A DNA stretch of 32,000 nucleotides from an uncultured archaeon (GTDB taxonomy: Archaea; Iainarchaeota; Iainarchaeia; Iainarchaeales; CSSED10-239): the NCBI GenBank assembly GCA_964586355.1, contig CAZPGO010000005.1, forward strand, positions 23,640-55,639, in the 5' to 3' direction. The first letter of the stretch is position 1; each line of letters starts with the position of its first letter. The notes beneath the pieces were generated by a model, which made no database searches, had not been told where the DNA came from, and saw only the letters and a program-made list of their open reading frames with translations. The translations under genes were made by a program, and so were the position numbers. This document shows, piece after piece, positions 8,962 through 17,918 of this stretch.

Positions 8962-9633
8962 ATGGATAAATTAGTAAATCTAATAGAACAACCTAATTGG
9001 AAAATAATTCTATATGATCTTGTAAAGTCTAATGAGATAGATATTTGGAATGTTAATTTAATATCATTAACTGATCTTTATCTAGACAAAATAAAAAATC
9101 TACAACAAAATAATCTTTTAATTCCTGCAAATGCTTTACTTGCTGCTGCAATCTTATTAAAATTAAAAGCTTTTTCTTTAAAATTAACAACCATTTCAGA
9201 TGAAGAAGATGATTTTAAACTATTAAGTGAAGAAGACTTTATGCAGATTAGTGGATCTATAGATCTAAATACTCCAACAAGACTAAAAGAAGGGCAAGTA
9301 AGTTTAGATGAATTAATTGATATTATTGATGTTATGATAAACAAGCCCACAAAAAAAAACTTAGAAAAAAAGGTAAAAAAAATAGAAGAATTTAAATTTT
9401 TTTTACCAAAAAAAACTCAAGAGATTACAGATCGTATTAATAACTTTTTAGATATAATAAATAGTAATAAAGATTCAGAAAATTTAGTTTTGTTTTCTAA
9501 TATGGTAAAAGGGAAAGATCCAGTAAAACTAGTAGACGATTGTTTTATTCCAATGTTATTTTTAGTTCAAGATCAAAAAATAGATGCTTGGCAAGAAGAG
9601 TTTTTTAAAGAAATTTTTATAAAAACTTTATAA
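8962..9633 (+). CDS. scpA: Segregation and condensation protein A (kleisin)
   Basis: N-terminal ScpA pattern (IDIWNVNLISLTDLYLDKI...IPANALLAAAILLKLKA) and a C-terminal winged-helix-like tail. GGTGA lies 6 nt upstream of the ATG. Confidence 0.8.
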   Translation: MDKLVNLIEQPNWKIILYDLVKSNEIDIWNVNLISLTDLYLDKIKNLQQNNLLIPANALLAAAILLKLKAFSLKLTTISDEEDDFKLLSEEDFMQISGSIDLNTPTRLKEGQVSLDELIDIIDVMINKPTKKNLEKKVKKIEEFKFFLPKKTQEITDRINNFLDIINSNKDSENLVLFSNMVKGKDPVKLVDDCFIPMLFLVQDQKIDAWQEEFFKEIFIKTL

Positions 9634-9651
9634 TATTAATGTGAAATTAAA

Positions 9652-10119
9652 ATGGCTACTGACACCACAGACATAAAATGCATAGTAGAAGCAATTATTT
9701 TTATGAGCCCTAGGGGAGTATCTTTAAAAAAGATAGAAAAGCAATTACCTGGAGTTGATAAAGATTTAATACTTTGTGCAATTTATGATCTTATTGATGA
9801 TTATGATAAGAGAAACACAGCAATAAAAATTCTTTTTGAAGATGACTATATAGAAATGATAACAAAAAAAGAATATTTTAAATATAACTCTTTTGCAGTA
9901 GGTAAGCAACTAAGTAAAGGAGAACTAAAAACCTTAGCATTAATTGCAATAAATAAACCCTCTGTTGAGCAAAGTAAAATTGTCTCAAAAAGACCTTATG
10001 ATCATCTTTCAACATTAAAAGAAATAGGTTTGATTTCTGTTACTAAAAAAGGAAGAAAAAATATGTTATCAGTAACTAAAAAGTTTGATCTTTTGTTTAA
10101 TAAAAAAATTAAAAAATGA
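9652..10119 (+). CDS. scpB: Segregation and condensation protein B, short form
   Basis: IVEAIIFMSPRGVSLKKIEKQL start typical of ScpB, immediately downstream of scpA. 155 aa. Confidence 0.72.
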   Translation: MATDTTDIKCIVEAIIFMSPRGVSLKKIEKQLPGVDKDLILCAIYDLIDDYDKRNTAIKILFEDDYIEMITKKEYFKYNSFAVGKQLSKGELKTLALIAINKPSVEQSKIVSKRPYDHLSTLKEIGLISVTKKGRKNMLSVTKKFDLLFNKKIKK

Positions 10120-12359
10120 TAATTATGAAAAAAAATATAATAAATGGATTTTTTGTCTTTGTATTCTTAATAACCTTTTTAGGTTTGATTAATGCAAATT
10201 ACATCCCAGAAGCAAATATGAAAATATTTGCAGTAACTTCTAATAACACAGCAATGGAAGCCACATTACATGCTGAGATCAAACCAGGAACTGGAAGAAT
10301 ATTTTCATCCATTCATACTATAGTTGGATCACAAACACAAGAATCAGAAAAAAATGCAGTAATTGCTGCAACTACTGCTGTTGGTGATGACACTAGAAAT
10401 AAATATGACTTTTATTTTGATATACAATCTTCTGCAAGTAGTATAGATGGACCATCTGCAGGTGGCGCAATTTCTCTTTTATTAATAAGTATGCTTACTG
10501 GTAATGATCTTAATGAAAAAGTAAGTATTACAGGATCCATTACCTCTGATGGGTATGTTGGAGACGTTGGAGGAGTTTATGCAAAAGCAAAGAAAGCAAG
10601 TGAAGTTGGTATAAAGCTTTTTATGATACCTTTTGGTAATAGACAACAAGTTATTACTAAAGAAGACGGATCCACAGATCTAGTTGATTTAATTGATTTT
10701 TCTTATAAGAACTGGGGTATGAAAATAGTAGAGGTTCAAACTATTGATGATGTCTTAGAATATGCAAGTATGGATCTAGAAACAATTGATATTAATAAAC
10801 CAATAATTCAAGACGAAAAACAATTTACTCCAGAAAAAATAAAAATTTCTGAAGCCATAAAACCAATGAGAGCGATTGTAGATAAGTATTTGATTGATGC
10901 TAATGAATCTATTTTAAACTCAGAAAAAAGCATAAATGATAGTATTATAAAAGACAGCTCAATTACTCAAGGGTTAATTTCTCTTTTAGCCTACTCTAAA
11001 GAAGCACTAGAGAATGCAGAAGTTTATTCAAAATATAATTACATGTATACTTCAGCAAACGAAGCCTTTTTAACTAAATTATATGGACAGGTTATCTTAG
11101 AGGTTATGGATAATCCTTCTATTTTGTCAGTAAATTCAACAATATATAATCTAAAAATTAAAGAATTAGAGCAAAAATTAGAACTAACAGAAGAAAGATC
11201 AAGATATTGTTCTTTAGAAAAAATAGAGTGGTGTATTGGTGCAAGACAAAGAATAACTTGGGCTAAAAATAAAATAGATGATTTAAAATTAGCAAATAGA
11301 TCTTCTCTACAAAATCAAAATTTAGATAAGATTTTGGATCTGGCTTATGCTAGTGGATGGATAGAAATTGCTAATGATTTTTTGGATATTGGTATTGTAA
11401 GTCAAGGAAATAATTTTAAAGAAAGTTCTTATTTTAAAGAAGTTGCTGAAAAATATATTGTTGATATTGAAAATGATTTAACAATTTCTGATGAATCAAT
11501 AGTACTAAATGAAGATCTGCAAAGAAGACTAACAGCAGCAAAAACAAACTTAACAAATGGATGGTATGTTTCTTCTTTGTTTGATGCAGCAACTGCAAAA
11601 GCAGTAATGGTTTCATCAAAAGAAAACATATCTGATATTTTTGATGAATCAGTTTTTTTAAAAAAATATGATGCCCTAACTCCACTATTAAGATCTACTG
11701 AAGGATTAAGTAAAACAAATAATGTTTGGTCTAAACAGTTTTTTGATCATTCTTTATATTACTATAAAAAATATTTAAGCTATGAAAATAAACAAGACAC
11801 AAGAGCAATTTCAGATCTAAAAACAGCAAACTCCATAATTAATTTTGCAGTTTTACTTTATGATGTTGAAAAAAATGTGTTATCTTATTATAATAATGCA
11901 AATGCAGATATAATTACAGAAATTATAGATATAGAATCCTCTGTTAAACAAGATCAAGAAGAAAGTAAAGATAGCAATTCTGAGAAATCTGTTTATTATG
12001 TTTATACTAAAGAAGATGATTCTAAAGATAAATTAAATTTTACCTATCTTTATATCTATATTTTAGCTTTATTTGCAATGATTATTTCTCTTGTAATTTA
12101 TGTTGAGAGAAACTCAAATAAAAAAATAAAAGTTCAGAAAAAACTAGCTGAATTAGATGAGAAATTAATCGAAGGTAAGATAAGTGCTTTTACTTACAAA
12201 GAACTAAGAGCTGAATATATTAGAGAACTAAAGCATCTAAAAGACTTTGGATCTAAAAAAAAATATATAGAATCAAAAGTTGATCTTAAAAAAGGGTTAG
12301 TAGATAAAATGACTACTGTTAAAGATTTATTAAAGATTAAAAAAAACAATAAAAAATAA
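10116..12359 (+). CDS. Exported, C-terminally membrane-anchored Lon-type (S16-like, COG1750-like) serine protease with a large helical ectodomain
   Basis: Signal/anchor (FFVFVFLITFLGLINA). Lon proteolytic-domain Ser-Lys signature SIDGPSAGGAISLLLISMLTG...GDVGGVYAKAKKASEVGIKLFMIP. A TM segment near residue 650 (YIYILALFAMIISLVIYV) is followed by a short tail resembling a SHOCT motif (LAELDEKLIEGKISAFTYKELRAEYI). The start overlaps the scpB stop (ATGA). Confidence 0.75.
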   Translation: MIIMKKNIINGFFVFVFLITFLGLINANYIPEANMKIFAVTSNNTAMEATLHAEIKPGTGRIFSSIHTIVGSQTQESEKNAVIAATTAVGDDTRNKYDFYFDIQSSASSIDGPSAGGAISLLLISMLTGNDLNEKVSITGSITSDGYVGDVGGVYAKAKKASEVGIKLFMIPFGNRQQVITKEDGSTDLVDLIDFSYKNWGMKIVEVQTIDDVLEYASMDLETIDINKPIIQDEKQFTPEKIKISEAIKPMRAIVDKYLIDANESILNSEKSINDSIIKDSSITQGLISLLAYSKEALENAEVYSKYNYMYTSANEAFLTKLYGQVILEVMDNPSILSVNSTIYNLKIKELEQKLELTEERSRYCSLEKIEWCIGARQRITWAKNKIDDLKLANRSSLQNQNLDKILDLAYASGWIEIANDFLDIGIVSQGNNFKESSYFKEVAEKYIVDIENDLTISDESIVLNEDLQRRLTAAKTNLTNGWYVSSLFDAATAKAVMVSSKENISDIFDESVFLKKYDALTPLLRSTEGLSKTNNVWSKQFFDHSLYYYKKYLSYENKQDTRAISDLKTANSIINFAVLLYDVEKNVLSYYNNANADIITEIIDIESSVKQDQEESKDSNSEKSVYYVYTKEDDSKDKLNFTYLYIYILALFAMIISLVIYVERNSNKKIKVQKKLAELDEKLIEGKISAFTYKELRAEYIRELKHLKDFGSKKKYIESKVDLKKGLVDKMTTVKDLLKIKKNNKK

Positions 12360-12783
12360 ATAGGAATACAAATAGAGATTATTTAAAAAAATTTAGAAGG
12401 GCAATAATTTCTGTATTTGTAATTATAATATTAGGTGTTTTCTTATTTAAATATTTTGAAAATTGGAGTTTTGTTGATTCCTTTTATTTTACAGTTATTA
12501 CTTTAACAACTATTGGCTATGGAGATATAACACCAATTACTAATCCTGGAAAAATTTTTGCATCAATATTTGTATTAGTGGGTGTTGGTGTTTTTTATTT
12601 TGTATTGGCATAATTGCAGAGCATTATTTTATTGAGATACTTGCATATCAAAATAAAATTGCAGAAAAAGGGATAAATAGAAAGATTAACTAAAAAATAG
12701 CTGGTGAAGTAAAAAGACAAGTAAAATTAATTAAATCTGTTGCTGGATTAAATAATGACGCAAAAGAAAATAAAGAAAACTAA
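12353..12783 (+). pseudogene. Decayed two-TM potassium channel gene (no start codon, frameshift, premature stop)
   Basis: Frame 2 reads ...RDYLKKFRRAIISVFVIIILGVFLFKYFENWSFVDSFYFTVITLTTIGYGDITPITNPGKIFASIFVLVGVGVFYFVLA then stops at 12611. TTIGYGD is the K+ selectivity filter. There is no ATG/GTG/TTG between the upstream in-frame TAA (12350) and the pore. After the T-run at 12590..12600 the sequence continues in another frame as IGIIAEHYFIEILAYQNKIAEKGINRKIN, TAA at 12691, then KIAGEVKRQV... to 12783. Confidence 0.75.
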
Positions 12784-12829
12784 TTTTAGTTAGGTTTTTG
12801 AATTGTTTGTTATTTAATTATAATATTTA

Positions 12830-12861
12830 GTTAGAAATAATTAACTAATTGTTAGAAATAA
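12830..12861 (+). promoter_or_regulatory. Direct 11-nt repeat GTTAGAAATAA x2 (21-nt period) upstream of the DUF2178-like/XRE operon; candidate operator
   Basis: Identical 11-mers at 12830..12840 and 12851..12861, just upstream of GGTGAT (12865..12870) and ATG 12876. The low-complexity AT-rich context weakens significance. Confidence 0.35.
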
Positions 12862-12875
12862 ATTGGTGATATTTT

Positions 12876-13289
12876 ATGAAAAAAACAAAAAATATTAAAG
12901 CTAAAAAAATTTTATATTATAAAAGAATAATTATTTTAGGGGTTATAATCTTATTAATTGGTTTGATTTTACAAGCTTTTTTTAATTTAGATTCATCCAT
13001 TGGATCTATTTTTACTAGTATTGGTGTTGCTATGCTAGTAATTGGTATAGTTAGATCAATAAGAAGAAATCAATTTCCTGAAAAAGATGAAAGAACAAGA
13101 AAGATTGGATCTTATGCTTTAAGTTATTCTTGGTTATTTACTCTTGTTTTATTAACAATTCTTTTTTGGTTAGATCATTTAAAATTAGTTGTTTTTAGTA
13201 CGAGCGCTTTATTTTCATTAATCTTTTTTGGAATGCTTGTTTCTGCAAATATTTTTAGATGTTTTTTAGATAAGAAAGGAGATATTTAA
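12876..13289 (+). CDS. Multi-pass membrane protein, DUF2178-like
   Basis: Predicted TM helices flank a [11 protein letters not shown] segment. The gene pairs with a downstream small XRE regulator, which matches my memory of DUF2178 neighbourhoods. Confidence 0.6.
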   Translation: MKKTKNIKAKKILYYKRIIILGVIILLIGLILQAFFNLDSSIGSIFTSIGVAMLVIGIVRSIRRNQFPEKDERTRKIGSYALSYSWLFTLVLLTILFWLDHLKLVVFSTSALFSLIFFGMLVSANIFRCFLDKKGDI

Positions 13290-13293
13290 AAAT

Positions 13294-13497
13294 ATGAAAA
13301 CGAAAATAAAAGAATTAAGAGCAAGATATGATTTAACACAAGAAGATCTTGCAAAAAAAGTGGGTGTTAGAAGAGAAACTATATTGTTTTTAGAAAAAGG
13401 CAAATATAATCCTTCTTTAAAACTAGCAATGAAAATTAGTTTGATCTTAAAAACACCAGTAGAAGAGATCTTTTCTTTTTCTAAAAAAGAGTTATAA
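13294..13497 (+). CDS. XRE-family helix-turn-helix transcriptional regulator (67 aa)
   Basis: [39 protein letters not shown] is a canonical HTH_3 / Cro-C1 motif. GGAG lies upstream inside the preceding gene's end. Confidence 0.85.
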   Translation: MKTKIKELRARYDLTQEDLAKKVGVRRETILFLEKGKYNPSLKLAMKISLILKTPVEEIFSFSKKEL

Positions 13498-13576
13498 GAT
13501 CAATAATAAAAATATTAAAAAGTCTTATATATTAGAAAAGACCTATAATTAATATATATAAAAGAGGTTTATAATT

Positions 13577-13792
13577 ATGGAAAAAAAAGAAAAGATTGAA
13601 GACCCAAAAGTAGCTCTTGCAGGAACTATTGGAGCATTTACAGTTGGTTTAGCAGCATTAATTGTAATTTTTGCAAGAAATTATGCTTGGATAATTATTT
13701 TTACAACACTTACAATGTGTTTTTTTGGTATCGCTCTTTCTAGAAACTCTGAGTATTGTGATATTAAAAAAGAGAAAAAAATTAAAAAATAA
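13577..13792 (+). CDS. Small two-TM membrane protein, unknown function
   Basis: 71-aa ORF with two hydrophobic helices and AGAGG 9 nt upstream. No recognised family. Confidence 0.45.
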   Translation: MEKKEKIEDPKVALAGTIGAFTVGLAALIVIFARNYAWIIIFTTLTMCFFGIALSRNSEYCDIKKEKKIKK

Positions 13793-13802
13793 TTTTTTTA
13801 TT

Positions 13803-15065
13803 TTATTCATATCTTAAAGCATCAACTGGTTTTAGTTTTGCTGCTCTGTACGCTGGTATAAATCCAGATAACACACTAATTCCAACAGCTATTACTATGC
13901 CGTAAATGGCTAATGCAAAAGAAAACGAACCTTCACCACCAATTCTCATAACCATTCCAATTCCAATGCTATTTCCTAAATATCCAGACAATACAGATCC
14001 AATTAATACTCCTAAAAATCCGCCAACTAGTCCATATAGTGAAGAAACTAATATAAATAAAAATAATATATCAAAACTACTTGCTCCAATAGATTTCATA
14101 ATACCAATCTCTTTAGTCTTTTCAAGAACTGATGTAAACATTGTGTTTGCTATTCCAATTGCACCTACAATTAAAGAAATTGCTGCAATTATTGTAAGAA
14201 ACATTATCATAGAGTTAGTCATTTCATTAATAGATTCAATATTATCTTTTATTGCAGAAACTGAAAAATCCTTTTGTCTTTCTGAAATTATTCTTCTTGA
14301 AAACATAAGTTTTGTATTTATTATTTCAACAATTTCATCAACTTTATTTATTTCATCAACTTTTATTGTAATTTTATCGTATTCATTAATTGTTTTTTCC
14401 TCTAAGGTAACAAAAGTAACATCTAAAGGGGCAATTACTTCGGCACTATTTTTTATAATTCCAACTACTCTAAAAGATTTATTATTAATAGTAATAATAG
14501 TATTTAATGGTATTTTTTTAGAAAAACTATCTTTAGCTAATCTTTCTCCAATTAAAACACTGTATTTGTCTGATGGCCCTAATAATCTGCCATTAGTTAA
14601 TTCAATGTTAGTTATTTTTAACCAATTAATAACATCTACACCAGTTATAGATCTTTTAATAGATTCGCCAGTAAAATATATTTCTGTTTGTCCAGATATT
14701 TCTTTATTTATTGCATTTATTCCTGGTATTGTTTTTAGAGTTGAAATATCTTTTTCAGTTAAAACAACAGAAGAAGATGTGCTTTCAGGAATTCTAGTTA
14801 TACCGCCAGGCATACCACCTCCCCTTCCGCCCCCACCAATACCTATTACTTCTGTGGCTCTACTAAATCCAGGGGTTATATTTATTACATCCAGTTGCAT
14901 TGTTGCGGTTCTACTTTGAATACTATCTTCCATTCCTTGACCTAGTGCTAATATAGCAACAAAAGAGCTCACTCCTACAATTATTCCTAAAATAGTAAGC
15001 CAACTTCTGATTTTGCTATGAAATACTGAGTTTAGTGCTAATGAAAGAATTGTAATTAATTTCAT
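13803..15065 (-). CDS. ABC transporter permease, MacB/FtsX type
   Basis: TM1, about 240 aa of extracytoplasmic domain, then three C-terminal TMs. Has the FtsX-like KEIGIMKSIGASSFDILFLF and the canonical C-terminus PAYRAAKLKPVDALRYE. Contains a Gly-rich insert, IGIGGGGRGGGMPGGI. Confidence 0.85.
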   Translation of the reverse strand: MKLITILSLALNSVFHSKIRSWLTILGIIVGVSSFVAILALGQGMEDSIQSRTATMQLDVINITPGFSRATEVIGIGGGGRGGGMPGGITRIPESTSSSVVLTEKDISTLKTIPGINAINKEISGQTEIYFTGESIKRSITGVDVINWLKITNIELTNGRLLGPSDKYSVLIGERLAKDSFSKKIPLNTIITINNKSFRVVGIIKNSAEVIAPLDVTFVTLEEKTINEYDKITIKVDEINKVDEIVEIINTKLMFSRRIISERQKDFSVSAIKDNIESINEMTNSMIMFLTIIAAISLIVGAIGIANTMFTSVLEKTKEIGIMKSIGASSFDILFLFILVSSLYGLVGGFLGVLIGSVLSGYLGNSIGIGMVMRIGGEGSFSFALAIYGIVIAVGISVLSGFIPAYRAAKLKPVDALRYE

Positions 15066-15068
15066 ATT

Positions 15069-16409
15069 TTATTTACTCTTTTGATTTTTTAATTTGTTTT
15101 TTTTATATTTATTATATCCAAATAATAGAACTATAATTATTGTAATCCCAATTAGAACATATGTTGTGGTATAATTTTTAGTTGTTTTTGTACCCACCCT
15201 TCCAGTAAAATCAGCTGTTGTTCCTAAGTTTGTTGTTATTAATTGTGTTTCAATTTCTTTTTCTACTGTATTTCTATTTCCTAATGAGTCTGTATATTCT
15301 ATAACTATTTTTAGTTTTCCTTGATTTGTTCTATTTAATATTCTGTCTGTATTGCTATCAAAAGTTTGTGTTTCTTTTGCGATATTTTGATCTCCTATTG
15401 TTCTTGATTGATTTAATGTAAAAGATGCTATGGTGTAATCTCCTTTATCTAAATTACCTAAAATGGTGGAATTTTGTCCAGATACTGTGTAGTTAGTTTG
15501 ATTAGGTATTATTACATTTACCGAGTATGCTGGATTATTGCCAATATTTGCGATAGATAAGGAAACATTGCTTAGATCTCCTTGAGACAAAGTTACATCA
15601 AAATCTGTTTTTCCTCCTACAAAAATTCCAGCAGTTGTGTTTATTTGTGTTTTTGTGTATTCTTCGTTTTCAAATTCTAATAATAAATTTAATTTATATA
15701 ATCCGGGTATAGAATTTGTGTTTGCCATAACATTATATGAAACAGTAATAGATTCCTCAATATCTAAATATTTAATATATTTTGTGTTATCAGAATTAAC
15801 TGGAAGAATGGTTTCTGTTTGATCACTCCATGAAAAAACTATGTTTCTTATTGGAGAATATCCTGTGTTTATTATTACAAAATCTAGTTTTTCAATAGTT
15901 CCAAAGTCAACATTTGCTTTATTTATTGTTATTATTTGAGCATATTCTTTACTTGTTACTTTTACTTCAAAATTATAGATGCTTGTAATTTCTGTTGTAC
16001 TTCTTTTTATTCTTAAAGACACATTATATATACCACTAGGTGCATCTTTATCAACTAACAATTTATATTTTAATATTTGTGAATTATCTTGATCTTGAAA
16101 AGGAAATATTTTGTTAATATTTTTTTGATAATCTTCTCCTGGTATTATAGAAAAAGGATAATCAAAATCTAAGGTGGCTGTAAGGTCTGTTACTCCAATA
16201 GAACCCATGTTTGTTATTCCAAATTTCAAATCTACAATTCCACCTGCTCTTATTGGATCTGGTGTTTGATTTAATAAGTTTATATTTAGATTTAATGCAT
16301 CCACATATGTGCCTTGATTTGAAGCCGCAAATATTAGTTTACTAGATAATAATATTACTAAAATTATCATTATTACTAAAAAAATTGTATTTGTTTTTTT
16401 TATTTTCAT
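15069..16409 (-). CDS. Exported, C-terminally anchored cell-surface protein with three CARDB/COG1361-like beta-sandwich modules
   Basis: Signal peptide (LLSSKLIFAAS). Three repeats of the pattern ...G..v.l.f.i.N.G...: AGGIVDLKFGITNMGSIGVTDL, EKLDFVIINTGYSPIRNI and SNVSLSIANIGNNPAYSV. TM plus Lys-rich tail at the C-terminus. The gene sits between the ABC ATPase and the permease. Confidence 0.6.
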   Translation of the reverse strand: MKIKKTNTIFLVIMIILVILLSSKLIFAASNQGTYVDALNLNINLLNQTPDPIRAGGIVDLKFGITNMGSIGVTDLTATLDFDYPFSIIPGEDYQKNINKIFPFQDQDNSQILKYKLLVDKDAPSGIYNVSLRIKRSTTEITSIYNFEVKVTSKEYAQIITINKANVDFGTIEKLDFVIINTGYSPIRNIVFSWSDQTETILPVNSDNTKYIKYLDIEESITVSYNVMANTNSIPGLYKLNLLLEFENEEYTKTQINTTAGIFVGGKTDFDVTLSQGDLSNVSLSIANIGNNPAYSVNVIIPNQTNYTVSGQNSTILGNLDKGDYTIASFTLNQSRTIGDQNIAKETQTFDSNTDRILNRTNQGKLKIVIEYTDSLGNRNTVEKEIETQLITTNLGTTADFTGRVGTKTTKNYTTTYVLIGITIIIVLLFGYNKYKKNKLKNQKSK

Positions 16410-17107
16410 TTTTTCACCTTTTTTTCTTCTATTTGATTTATTTTTCCATCAATTATGTGTATTATTTTGGTTCCATATTTAATTATATTTTGATCATGAG
16501 TTACAAGTATTATTGTTTTTCCTAATTTATTTAAATCTTTTAAAAAATCCAGAATATATATTCCTGTTTTTGAATCTAGATTTCCTGTGGGTTCATCTGC
16601 AAGAATTATTTCTGGATTTGTAATTAATGCTCGTGAAATTGCGACTCTTTGTTGTTGCCCTCCAGAAAGTTCTGTTGGAAGATGATGTGTCCTATTTGCT
16701 AAATCCATTTTTGTTAATATGTTGTTTGTATCTATTTTTGCTTTAGTGGTATTAACATTTAAAAATTCTAAAGGTAACATAACGTTTTTTTGAGCAGACA
16801 AAGATGGTATTAAATTAAACTGTTGAAAAATAAAACCAATTGTTTTTCCTCTTAATTTTGCTAATTTATTTTCAGATAATTTAGATATGTCTGTTCCTGA
16901 TAAATATACTTTACCACTGGTAGGTATATCTAAGCAACCAACAATATTCATAAGGGTGCTTTTACCTGATCCACTAGGCCCAAGGATAATTACAAATTCG
17001 CCTTTATTTATTGTCAGATTTATATCTTTTAATACTTGTAATTCTATTTTGCCCATTTTGTAGGCTTTAGTTACATTGATTATTTCTATTATTTTTTCTT
17101 TAGACAT
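16406..17107 (-). CDS. ABC transporter ATP-binding protein (MacB/LolD-like)
   Basis: Walker [10 protein letters not shown], signature [15 protein letters not shown], Walker [13 protein letters not shown]-loop VTHD. The stop overlaps the start of the next gene by 4 nt. Confidence 0.92.
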   Translation of the reverse strand: MSKEKIIEIINVTKAYKMGKIELQVLKDINLTINKGEFVIILGPSGSGKSTLMNIVGCLDIPTSGKVYLSGTDISKLSENKLAKLRGKTIGFIFQQFNLIPSLSAQKNVMLPLEFLNVNTTKAKIDTNNILTKMDLANRTHHLPTELSGGQQQRVAISRALITNPEIILADEPTGNLDSKTGIYILDFLKDLNKLGKTIILVTHDQNIIKYGTKIIHIIDGKINQIEEKKVKK

Positions 17108-17172
17108 TTTAATACTTTTTTTTAATTATAAGTAAATTAAGTTTGAAACTATATATATGTTTTTTTGAAACT

Positions 17173-17252
17173 GTTTTTTTCAATTTCATTTTGAAGAAAT
17201 TGTTATTTTTTCGTTTTTTTCAATTTCATTTTAAAGAAACTATTATTTTTTA
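17173..17252. repeat. Tandem 40-bp direct repeat (2 copies, 36/40 identical) in a divergent promoter region
   Basis: 17173..17212 is gtttttttcaatttcattttgaagaaattgttattttttc. 17213..17252 is gtttttttcaatttcattttaaagaaactattattttttaa. TTTGAAACT also occurs at 17142..17150 and 17164..17172. Confidence 0.85.
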
Positions 17253-17275
17253 AATTTGTTTGTTCTTATTTATTT

Positions 17276-17905
17276 ATGAAAATAAAAAAAAACACTTTTT
17301 TAGGTGTGATAATTTTAATTGCTTTTTTATTATTGTTGTTATCTGTTTATTTTTTTATAGCAGCTCAAGAGAATTTAGGAAAAGATCGGTTTTTAAGTCA
17401 AAATCAAAGTCCTAGATCGGGAAAATATTTTGCTTTTTGTGATGATAACTCCGATCTTTCTACTTGTGTTATACAAAGAACAAAAGAAGAGTTTAATGAT
17501 GAATTTATAAGAACCAGAAAACCATTTATTTTTGAATATCATAAATATTTAATTCCATTAGCTGCATTTATTGGATTGTTATTTGGCTTAATTGTTTTTT
17601 GGGCTATGTCTGAAAAAGAAGTTAAAACAAAAAAAAATTTAATTAGTAATACAGAATTAATATTAAATATTTTGCCAGAAACACACCGTAAAATAATTCA
17701 GAAGCTTTTAGAGAATAATGGGAAAGTAAGACAATATGAGTTAGTGCATATTACCAATTTAAATAAACTAAAAATACATAGAATTTTAAGAGATCTTGAA
17801 AATAATGATATAATTACTAAAGAAAAAATTGGAAAAGTAAATACTATAATTTTAAATAAAGATATTTATAATATACTAAAAGAAGAATCAGATCTTAAAA
17901 AATAA
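17276..17905 (+). CDS. Membrane-bound winged-helix transcriptional regulator (TM, Cys-containing outer loop, TM, cytoplasmic wHTH)
   Basis: Two TM helices flank a loop of about 60 aa containing two Cys. C-terminal MarR/TrmB-like wHTH: HRKIIQKLLENNGKVRQYELVHITNLNKLKIHRILRDLENNDIITKEKIGKVNTIIL. Confidence 0.65.
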   Translation: MKIKKNTFLGVIILIAFLLLLLSVYFFIAAQENLGKDRFLSQNQSPRSGKYFAFCDDNSDLSTCVIQRTKEEFNDEFIRTRKPFIFEYHKYLIPLAAFIGLLFGLIVFWAMSEKEVKTKKNLISNTELILNILPETHRKIIQKLLENNGKVRQYELVHITNLNKLKIHRILRDLENNDIITKEKIGKVNTIILNKDIYNILKEESDLKK

Positions 17906-17918
17906 AAAAAGATGAAAA

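Noticed and set aside
12590-12613. Programmed ribosomal frameshift in the K+ channel gene
   Set aside because: I see no slippery heptamer plus downstream structure. The gene also lacks a start codon and has a further premature stop. Pseudogenisation or a homopolymer sequencing error is more likely.
13906-14919. A 337-aa ORF on the plus strand
   Set aside because: It lies entirely antisense to the well-supported FtsX/MacB permease. Its product is low-complexity; the PPPLPPPP run is just the complement of the permease Gly-rich insert. It has no start context, so I treat it as a shadow ORF.
17173-17252. CRISPR-like array (also considered for 28228..28289)
   Set aside because: There are only two directly abutting copies, no unique spacers, an AT-rich low-complexity unit, and no cas genes in the window.
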